From contig JAZNYX010000017.1 of the NCBI GenBank assembly GCA_045594665.1, positions 1,575-65,574 on the forward strand: DNA of 64,000 nt. Direction: 5' to 3'. The notes beneath the pieces are model-generated. The model was given only the letters and a program-made list of their open reading frames with translations. It searched no databases and was not told where the DNA came from. This document shows positions 10,307 through 17,854 of this stretch, piece after piece. Numbering within the stretch: position 1 is the stretch's first letter; the number at the start of each line of letters is the position of its first letter. The stretch is from Clostridia bacterium. Its GTDB lineage: Bacteria > Bacillota > Clostridia > UMGS1883. A program made the position numbers and the translations under genes.

Positions 10307-10481
10307 AAATGCCCCTCCTTGAATATGTTGTCAGATGCCGTAAAAGATTCCACAGCATCTGCGAAGAGTTTTGCTCTTCTTAAACTTATTATACAATAAA
10401 AATGCCCCTTAGTAAATATTTATTTGGTAAAAAATTAAAATTTAACTTACAAACGAAGCTACCATAATATAATTAATTTTG

Positions 10482-10509
10482 TTGACTTTTTATGCCTTTG
10501 TGGTATAAT
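10482..10509 (+). promoter_or_regulatory. Sigma-A promoter of rnj
   Basis: TTGACT-16 nt-TATAAT with TG extension. Confidence 0.65.
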
Positions 10510-10652
10510 TACTATTTGAAGAGGTATATAATTAATTATAAATCCTCAGTAGTACTGAATACAGCGGAAAAGAGTATGCATAAATGTACATAATATGCGT
10601 GATGTGCAGGGCTTACTCTTAATGCATCCGTGGAATTGAAAAGGAGATAATA

Positions 10653-12320
10653 ATGGCTAAAAAATTAAAATTGAAGATTATTCCTCTTGGCGGATTGAAT
10701 GAAATCGGCAAGAATATTACTGCCTTTGAAATAGGCGGCGAAATTCTTGTGGTCGACTGCGGTATGGCTTTCCCCGAGGACGGAATGTATGGTGTAGACT
10801 GCGTAATTCCCGACCTTAATTACCTTGTGACAAATAAGGAAAAGGTAAAGGGTGTGGTAATTACTCACGGACACGAGGACCATATAGGAAGTATTGCGTA
10901 TTTGCTTCGCAGTGTAAATGTGCCTGTTTACGGAACTCGTCTTGCACTCGGACTTATTGAGCAGAAGCTTAAGGAACACGGAATATTAAGCGTAAGTAAG
11001 CTTAACCGTGTTTCCGCAGGCGACAGCGTGAAAATCGGAAAGAATATCAGCGTGGAATTTATCCGTGTAAACCACAGCATCAGCGATGCCGTAGGTATGG
11101 CAATAAAGACTCCGTTGGGAACGGTTGTTCATACGGGTGACTTTAAAATTGACTGTACCCCTATTGAGGGAAATATGATTGACCTTGCACGCTTCGGCGA
11201 GCTTGGAAAGCAGGGCGTACTTGCTCTTATGAGCGATTCTACAAACGTGGAACGCCCCGGATATACAATGAGTGAAAGAACTGTAGGCGAAACCTTTGAA
11301 ACTCTTTTCAAGGGGACACGCAGTAGAATATTTGTTGCGACCTTTGCATCAAATGTAGACCGTGTTCAGCAGGTAATAAATGCCGCTGTCAGAAACCGCA
11401 GAAAGGTGGCGGTATCAGGCAGAAGCATGGTGAATATAATAGATGTGGCATCAACTCTGGGGTATCTTAAAATCCCCGAAGGAACAATGATTCCCATTGA
11501 AGATGTAAAGAAATATCAGGACCATCAGCTTGTGATTATCACTACGGGAAGCCAGGGCGAGCCTATGAGTGCTCTTACCAGAATGGCGTTCTCCGACCAC
11601 AAAAAGGTGGAGATAGGAAAGGGTGACCTTGTAATTATTTCCGCATCGCCCATTCCGGGAAATGAGAAAACAGTTTCCAATGTAATTAACGAGCTTTATC
11701 GTAAAGGTGCGGAGGTTGTTCATTCCAGACTTACCGAGGTTCACGTGTCGGGACATGCGTGCCGTGAAGAGCTTAAAATCATAATGGGACTGGTAAAGCC
11801 CAAGTACTTTATTCCCGTTCACGGTGAAAGCCGTCACCTTCGCCGCCATGCAATGCTGGCAGAAGAAATGGGAATCCCCAAGAAGAATATTTTCAAGCTT
11901 GAAAACGGAAGCGTGCTGGAATTTTCTCAGGGTAATGCCAAGGTTACGGGAAGCGTACAGGCAGGCGACCTTCTTGTTGACGGCTACGGCGTAGGCGATG
12001 TAGGAAGCATTGTCCTTCGTGACAGAAAGCACCTTGCAGAGGACGGCATTATTATGGTGGTAATGGCACTTAACGGAAAAACCCATAAAATGGCGGCAGA
12101 CCCCGAGGTTATTACACGCGGATTTATCTATATGCGTGAAAATGAAGGAATCATGGAGGAGCTTAAGCATATAGCAACAGTTGCCCTGCAGGATACTCTT
12201 ATTTCCAAGCATCACGACTGGAACACCATTAAAAACAATGTAAAGAGTGCTTTGGGAAGCTATATTTATGAGGGAACACACAGAAAACCGATTATACTTC
12301 CGGTTATTATTGATGTGTGA
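10653..12320 (+). CDS. rnj: Ribonuclease J
   Basis: PLGGLNEIGKN, THGHEDHIG, HTGDFKID, HVSGHA, PVHGE. Confidence 0.97.
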   Translation: MAKKLKLKIIPLGGLNEIGKNITAFEIGGEILVVDCGMAFPEDGMYGVDCVIPDLNYLVTNKEKVKGVVITHGHEDHIGSIAYLLRSVNVPVYGTRLALGLIEQKLKEHGILSVSKLNRVSAGDSVKIGKNISVEFIRVNHSISDAVGMAIKTPLGTVVHTGDFKIDCTPIEGNMIDLARFGELGKQGVLALMSDSTNVERPGYTMSERTVGETFETLFKGTRSRIFVATFASNVDRVQQVINAAVRNRRKVAVSGRSMVNIIDVASTLGYLKIPEGTMIPIEDVKKYQDHQLVIITTGSQGEPMSALTRMAFSDHKKVEIGKGDLVIISASPIPGNEKTVSNVINELYRKGAEVVHSRLTEVHVSGHACREELKIIMGLVKPKYFIPVHGESRHLRRHAMLAEEMGIPKKNIFKLENGSVLEFSQGNAKVTGSVQAGDLLVDGYGVGDVGSIVLRDRKHLAEDGIIMVVMALNGKTHKMAADPEVITRGFIYMRENEGIMEELKHIATVALQDTLISKHHDWNTIKNNVKSALGSYIYEGTHRKPIILPVIIDV

Positions 12321-12334
12321 TAAATACAAATAAA

Positions 12335-12445
12335 AAGCCCTCCTTGTGTAAAGGAGGGTGGCACACGAAGTGTGACGGGAGGATTGTTAAAACAACCCCT
12401 CAGTCAAATCTTTGATTTGCCAGCTCCCCTTACACAGGGGAGCCT
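12335..12445. repeat. Short palindromic MITE/REP-like element
   Basis: Imperfect terminal inverted ends (agccctccttgtgtaa / ttacacaggggagcct) with internal hairpins such as cacac-gaa-gtgtg and caaatc-ttt-gatttg. Confidence 0.7.
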
Positions 12446-12476
12446 TTGATAAATACTGCAAAGGAAAAATAATATT

Positions 12477-13607
12477 ATGTTTAAATTACTAAATCAAGAA
12501 GGCCGTGCCCGTCGGGGAACCTTTCAGACCGTGCACGGAACAATACAGACCCCCGTATTTATGAATGTGGGAACCTCCGCCGCTATTAAGGGTGCAGTAT
12601 CCTCATTGGATTTAAAGGATGTGGGCTGTCAGGTGGAGCTTTCAAACACCTATCATCTGCACGTTCGTCCGGGAGATGAGCTTATCCGTGATATGGGCGG
12701 TCTGCACAAATTCATGAACTGGGACAGACCTATTCTTACCGACAGCGGCGGATTTCAGGTCTTTTCATTGGCATCGCTTCGTAAGATTACGGAGGAGGGC
12801 GTAAACTTTCAGTCCCACAAAGACGGAAAACGAATATTTATGGGTCCCGAGGAAAGTATGCAGATTCAGTCAAACCTTGCTTCAACAATAGCCATGGCGT
12901 TTGACGAATGTGTTGAAAATCCTGCTCCATATGAGTATGTGAAAAACTCATGTGACCGCACTTACCGCTGGCTGGAGCGTTGTAAGAAAGAGATGGCACG
13001 TCTTAACGCACTCCCCGAAACAATAAATAAAAATCAGATGCTTTTCGGCATCAATCAGGGCGGCACATATGAGGACCTCCGAATAGAGCATATGAAAAAA
13101 ATCGCCACCCTTGACCTGGACGGCTATGCCATAGGCGGACTTGCCGTGGGTGAGAGTGCGGAGGAAATGTATCGCATTATAGATGCGGTAGAGCCTCATA
13201 TGCCCAAGGACAAGCCACGCTATCTGATGGGCGTGGGTACACCGCAGAATATACTGGAAGCGGTGGAGAGAGGCGTTGATTTCTTCGATTGCGTTATCAC
13301 AAGCAGAAATGCACGCCACGCAAATCTTTTTACCGATATTGGTGTGCTTAACCTTAATAACAAAAAGTTTGAAAAGGATGAAAGACCGCTTCAGGAGGGC
13401 TGTCAGTGTCCTGCGTGCAAAAACTATTCCAGAGGATATATCCGTCATCTTATAAAAGCGAAGGAAATGCTTGGTATGCGTCTTTGCGTGCTTCATAATC
13501 TTCATTTCTATAATGACCTGATGGAGAAAATCAGAACTGCTATCGAGGAAAACCGCTTTGCACAGTTTAAGGCGGAAGCACTTGAGAAAATGAATAACAG
13601 AGTGTAA
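12477..13607 (+). CDS. tgt: tRNA-guanine transglycosylase
   Basis: TPVFMNVGT, LTDSGGFQVFSL, GGLAVGE, RYLMGVG, zinc site CQCPAC...HN. Confidence 0.97.
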   Translation: MFKLLNQEGRARRGTFQTVHGTIQTPVFMNVGTSAAIKGAVSSLDLKDVGCQVELSNTYHLHVRPGDELIRDMGGLHKFMNWDRPILTDSGGFQVFSLASLRKITEEGVNFQSHKDGKRIFMGPEESMQIQSNLASTIAMAFDECVENPAPYEYVKNSCDRTYRWLERCKKEMARLNALPETINKNQMLFGINQGGTYEDLRIEHMKKIATLDLDGYAIGGLAVGESAEEMYRIIDAVEPHMPKDKPRYLMGVGTPQNILEAVERGVDFFDCVITSRNARHANLFTDIGVLNLNNKKFEKDERPLQEGCQCPACKNYSRGYIRHLIKAKEMLGMRLCVLHNLHFYNDLMEKIRTAIEENRFAQFKAEALEKMNNRV

Positions 13608-13637
13608 AACTGAGGTTGTAGCAAAATTAGTACCATT

Positions 13638-13785
13638 GTAGGGGCGGAAAAGCCTCCCTTGCCATAGGCCCCCTTGCCTAAAGGGGGCTGTCTGCGAAGC
13701 AGACTGGGGGATTCCGGGAGGTGAGTTGCGAAGCAACTCGGAGGGATTCATATCCGCCCGCGGGCGATTCGTGAATCGCCCCTAC
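13638..13785. repeat. Composite REP cluster (GTAG ends with two internal CGAAG-loop hairpin units)
   Basis: Starts gtaggggcgg and ends cgcccctac. Internal units are gggggctgtctgcgaagcagactgggggattc and gggaggtgagttgcgaagcaactcggagggattc. Confidence 0.75.
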
Positions 13786-13891
13786 GGTTGTGCATATGTG
13801 TAAATTTTGCTGCATCCTTTTTTTCACAAATTATGAACTTTTTGCATGGTTAAAACGTATAAAAGGTAGAAACAGAAAGGAGAAATTGTAT

Positions 13892-15952
13892 ATGAAAAAA
13901 GTTATTGCGTTAATACTTTCCTTATTACTTATTATGCCTGCGGCACTTGCCGACACGGCATCTTCCAACGAACTTCAAAGGGTATTGCTTAAGGTCAAGG
14001 AAAAAATCAATATTCCTTCCGAGCTTACGGAATTTGAAAGTAATATTTCCGATTATAAAGGAAAAATTACATATAATTTTGACTGGCACGATGAAAAATA
14101 CGAAAAATCGATTAATGTAAGTGCCGACGAAAATGGACGTATACTAAATTATAATAATTATACATCGAAGATTTCGGATAAAAAGCTGACGGACATTTCA
14201 ACAAAGGAAATTATCTCTTTTGCAGATACATTTCTTAAGAAAATACTTCCCGAAATGTATGAGGACGCTTCCGATGCACTTGTGCTTGACGAAAAGTCCT
14301 ACCGTGCAGGCGGCTCGCAAAGATATTACTTTACATATAACAGGTGTAAAAACATGGTTCCCGTAAATAACAACGCCGTTAATGTCTCTGTGGCAATAGA
14401 TGAAAACGCTCGTCTTATAATGCGTAGCATGTCTGCCAATATTGATTATGAAGCCAATTTTGCAGATAAGGCAGGGGAGGCGGAACTTCTTACGGAAAAG
14501 TACAAAAAAGCATTTCCCATGGAGCTTGTTTACAGAAATGAATATAACCCCGATTGGAAAGCAAAGGGTGAGCCTCGTATGCTCCCGGTGCTGATATACC
14601 GCCACAAGGATAATGAGGCAGGTTATATCTCTGTAGAAAACGGGGAAATCGTGGAAGAAGATAAGAATGAGGACAACCTTTTCCGTGACGAGTCGGCAGA
14701 AGACAGCGTAATGGGCTCTATGAATAAAAATGAATCCTTTACCGAAAAGGAGCTTGCTGAAATAACTGCCGTTGGCACTCTTTTAAGCCGTGAGGAAATA
14801 GAGAATAAAGTAAAAGCACTGCCCTATGTGTCGTTCCCGAAAAATTTATCCCTTGAAAGCAGTCACCTTTCCAAAAATGACGAGGATAAATATTTATACA
14901 GCTTCCATTACTCAAATAAGAGCGATGAAAATTACAGCTATATGAGTATTACGGCAGATGCAAAGGACGGCAAGCTTATAAATTACTATTGCAGTACGGA
15001 TTATAGAGAAAAGGACAAGGTTTCACTTACAGAAAAAGAGAAAGACTCCGCACAAAAGAAAATGGAAGAATTTCTGAAAGTGGCGGCAGGAGAGGATTTT
15101 AAAGATACCAAGTTTTCGGAAAGCACCGAAAATAACGGATATATTAATTCTTATTACTACCGCACAGTAAATAATGTAAAGCATGCAGATAACGGGATTT
15201 CCGTGGGCTTTGACGGGAAAAACTCGGTTGTTATAAGCTATTCACTCAGCTTCACGGGCGGGGAGTTTAAAGACCCGTCGCAGGCAATAGGGGAAGAAGC
15301 GGCATATGAAAAGCTTCTTGAATATTCCCCCATTGTGAGACGCTTCGTAAAAACGGGCGGAATCTATAAGGAATGCGTAACCCTTGAAAAATTCGGAGTG
15401 ACACTTGATGCAATAACGGGTGAAATTACAAATAAAAACGAAGATGCAAACATGGGATTTTCCTACGATGATATTAAAGACCATTGGGTAGAGAAAGCCG
15501 CAACTGCGCTTTCCCAGATTCAGGTTGGTTTTGCGGGGGCATCCCTTAACCCCGATTCAGACGTAACGCAGGAGGATTTTCTTCGCCTTAGTGCATCGGG
15601 AATATACGGAAATTACTATCATACATATTCTACGGAGGAGCTTTATGAAGCCCTTATCCGCGAGAAAATTATTTCCGAGAATGAAAAAGCACCCTCGTCA
15701 CCGATAAAGCGTGAGGATGCATTCGTGTTTATAATCCGTATGATTAATCTTGAAAAAGTGGCAAAGCTTGAAAATATCTATAAGGTGGATTTTGCCGACA
15801 GTAATCTTCTTTCCGAGGGGAAAATCGGATATTGTGCAATCCTTAGCGGCTTTGGCATTATCACAGGTGACGGCGGCTATCTTCGCCCGAACAGCAATCT
15901 CACCCGTGCCGAGTCAATAGTGATGCTATACAGATATTTATTGACAATTTAA
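13892..15952 (+). CDS. Secreted S-layer-homology (SLH) protein with N-terminal PepSY/YcdB-YcdC-like repeats
   Basis: Signal peptide MKKVIALILSLLLIMPAALA after RBS AAAGGAG. C-terminal SLH repeats (YDDIKDHWVE...LNPDSDVTQEDF; IITGDGGYLRPNSNLTRAE). Confidence 0.8.
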   Translation: MKKVIALILSLLLIMPAALADTASSNELQRVLLKVKEKINIPSELTEFESNISDYKGKITYNFDWHDEKYEKSINVSADENGRILNYNNYTSKISDKKLTDISTKEIISFADTFLKKILPEMYEDASDALVLDEKSYRAGGSQRYYFTYNRCKNMVPVNNNAVNVSVAIDENARLIMRSMSANIDYEANFADKAGEAELLTEKYKKAFPMELVYRNEYNPDWKAKGEPRMLPVLIYRHKDNEAGYISVENGEIVEEDKNEDNLFRDESAEDSVMGSMNKNESFTEKELAEITAVGTLLSREEIENKVKALPYVSFPKNLSLESSHLSKNDEDKYLYSFHYSNKSDENYSYMSITADAKDGKLINYYCSTDYREKDKVSLTEKEKDSAQKKMEEFLKVAAGEDFKDTKFSESTENNGYINSYYYRTVNNVKHADNGISVGFDGKNSVVISYSLSFTGGEFKDPSQAIGEEAAYEKLLEYSPIVRRFVKTGGIYKECVTLEKFGVTLDAITGEITNKNEDANMGFSYDDIKDHWVEKAATALSQIQVGFAGASLNPDSDVTQEDFLRLSASGIYGNYYHTYSTEELYEALIREKIISENEKAPSSPIKREDAFVFIIRMINLEKVAKLENIYKVDFADSNLLSEGKIGYCAILSGFGIITGDGGYLRPNSNLTRAESIVMLYRYLLTI

Positions 15953-15959
15953 CCTTTAA

Positions 15960-16255
15960 AAAGGTAAGCAAAATTTCCACGGGGCGTGGAGGCTGATGTT
16001 CTTTTGTAACCAAAAGAACCAAAAGTTTTGGGGTTGCGATTCCCCAAACCCTAACCGCTCCTGTCGGGCTAAGAAATAGCCTTACCTATCATTTATACAA
16101 AGTAGGTTTTGTTTCAAAAAATATTTCGTTTTTGCGTCACCGTCCTTGAAAGGGATACTCAATCCCTCAAGTACTAAAAACCGCTCGCCTGCAAAGGTAA
16201 AAGATGCGAGCGGTTTTTTGACGGTCAACAAAATATTTTTCGAAACCTGACTTTT
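15960..16255. repeat. Multi-hairpin intergenic element
   Basis: Consecutive stems (gttcttttg/caaaagaac, tttgggg/ccccaaa, gggcta/tagccc, aaaaaccgctcgc/gcgagcggttttt) inside a long imperfect outer inverted repeat. Confidence 0.55.
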
Positions 16256-16265
16256 GTGCGGATAT

Positions 16266-16314
16266 GTAGGGGCGATTCACGAATCGCCCGCGGGCGGATA
16301 ATATCCGCCCCTAC
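16266..16314. repeat. GTAG-type REP doublet
   Basis: gtaggggcgattcacgaatcgcccgcgggcggataatatccgcccctac; the first 35 nt are the exact reverse complement of 13751-13785. Confidence 0.8.
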
Positions 16315-16400
16315 AAGTGCACCAAAGTAGTTTTAGAAGCTTCAAGGCTGACTAACAAAAAAAGAAGTTTTTCGGTAAAAACGAAAAACTTCTTTTTTGC

Positions 16401-16628
16401 TTAGTCACGAAATTCAAATAGTTTTTTCAAAGGAATTTTGAGTGCATCTGCAATGTCAATAAGAGTATTAAGCGTACATGAACTTGTCGCTGTTTCAATT
16501 CTTTGTATATATGTTCTGCTTATATTACATCTTTCTGCCAGTTGCATTTGTGTCATTCCTTGCTCTTTTCTATAATGAAGAATATTCAAACCAATAGCAA
16601 GCCACGTGTCAAAATACTTTCCGTTCAT
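16401..16628 (-). CDS. XRE-family HTH transcriptional regulator
   Basis: YRKEQGMTQMQLAERCNISRTYIQRIETATSSCTLNTLIDIADAL. Confidence 0.88.
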   Translation of the reverse strand: MNGKYFDTWLAIGLNILHYRKEQGMTQMQLAERCNISRTYIQRIETATSSCTLNTLIDIADALKIPLKKLFEFRD

Positions 16629-16711
16629 TTAATACCACCTCTGTATATAATTATATTTGCAAACAAAGAGAGTATCGACAGACAAAATGTGTTTAATTGC
16701 ACACAAAACAT

Positions 16712-16740
16712 TTGCAAAAAGAATTAAAATATAGTATAAT
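16712..16740 (+). promoter_or_regulatory. Sigma-A promoter of the SLOG-family gene
   Basis: TTGCAA-17 nt-TATAAT. Confidence 0.55.
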
Positions 16741-16793
16741 GCAAATATATAGTGCACATTTGCACTTAAAATATTTATACTGGTGGAATAAAA

Positions 16794-17255
16794 ATGAAAA
16801 GAGTATGTACCTTCGCAGGACATCGGAATATCAGTGCTACTGAAGAATTGGTTTCCGCTTTAAAAGAACATGTTGAAATATTAATCACAAAGGAAAGTGT
16901 GAGTGAATTTTTGGTAGGGAATTATGGCGGTTTTGACCATATTGCCGCAAAGACTGTGCGTGAACTTAAAAAGGTCTATCCTGACATTAAACTGAATTTG
17001 GCAATTCCTTATCTCACCAAGGTTATAACAGAGTATAAAGAGCAGTTTTATGAAAATTACGATTGTATTGTAATGGCAGATATTCCGCCCTCAACCCCGA
17101 AGAACTTACAAATCCTTAAATGTAATAAGTATATGGTTGATAAAGCGGATTTTTTAATCTGCTGTATAAATCACGGTTGGGGCGGTGCAGCACAAACGCT
17201 TGATTATGCAAAGAAAAAGGGAGTAAAGGTAATTAATATTGCAGAAGTTAAATAA
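16794..17255 (+). CDS. SLOG superfamily protein (YspA/DUF1273-like)
   Basis: CTFAGHR, VGNYGGFD, NKYMVDKADFLI, GGAAQTLDYAKKKG. Confidence 0.75.
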   Translation: MKRVCTFAGHRNISATEELVSALKEHVEILITKESVSEFLVGNYGGFDHIAAKTVRELKKVYPDIKLNLAIPYLTKVITEYKEQFYENYDCIVMADIPPSTPKNLQILKCNKYMVDKADFLICCINHGWGGAAQTLDYAKKKGVKVINIAEVK

Positions 17256-17274
17256 TTTCGCGTGGGGATAGGAA

Positions 17275-17415
17275 AAAATGCTTCAGAACGGACAAACTGA
17301 ACCACGGCTTGCCGTGGGTTACCCGAAGGCGTACGTGGGTACGTCGAGAGGTGAAGTTTGTTCGTAGCAAAAAGGCTTAAAGTGAAGAAAAATCGTATAA
17401 AATACGATTTTTCAA
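17275..17415. repeat. Structured dispersed repeat, copy 1 (GGCGTAC-N4-GTACGTCG core)
   Basis: Shares ggacaaactga...gttacccgaaggcgtac....gtacgtcgagagg.gaagtttgttc with 42205-42291. Confidence 0.75.
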
Positions 17416-17502
17416 CAACAGTATACTATTCAATTTTCAGGCTGTCTAAATTTTATTTTTAGTTGCCTTTTTGCGGTCTGGACTTTTTTTACATCCCCAC
17501 CA

Positions 17503-17778
17503 TTATCTTGCCATTGCCATTACAAACGAAGTCGCCATTACCGTTACAAAGGTATACAGCGTCATTGCAAAAATGAATCTGCCGCCCTTTCGCCGATGCT
17601 CACGAATATTTTCCCCTGACATCGAGCGTAGGTAGTTATCTACAATCCGCTGTGCTTCCGCCACCGCATCACTGCGGCAAATATCCTCATCAGTGTCGCG
17701 CAAAATGAAAATAGCCTGTTCGATGCGTGGGGAATCAATCTTGTCTAAAACCACAATTCTCCGCGTGTTATTACTCAT
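17503..17778 (-). CDS. Small hypothetical protein with C-terminal TM helix, downstream of spoIIE
   Basis: RBS GGAG before the ATG at 17778 (MSNNTRRIVVLDKIDSPRIEQAIFILRD...DAVAEAQRIVDNYL). Confidence 0.6.
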   Translation of the reverse strand: MSNNTRRIVVLDKIDSPRIEQAIFILRDTDEDICRSDAVAEAQRIVDNYLRSMSGENIREHRRKGGRFIFAMTLYTFVTVMATSFVMAMAR

Positions 17779-17854
17779 CTTTAAATCAGCTCCTATCCAG
17801 TGAAATAAGATTCTAACCCAATTATTGACATTATTGCGCGACCTTATACAAAAA

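Noticed and set aside
11451-13751. Long antisense ORFs (292 aa and 267 aa) opposite rnj and tgt, and similar ones opposite infB, oadB and galK
   Set aside because: They are shadow frames of well-conserved genes, with no RBS or domain signatures.
13790-13891. N-terminal extensions given by the ORF track (also 24748, 25812, 28088, 39377, 40126)
   Set aside because: Downstream ATGs have clear Shine-Dalgarno sequences and match the expected protein starts.
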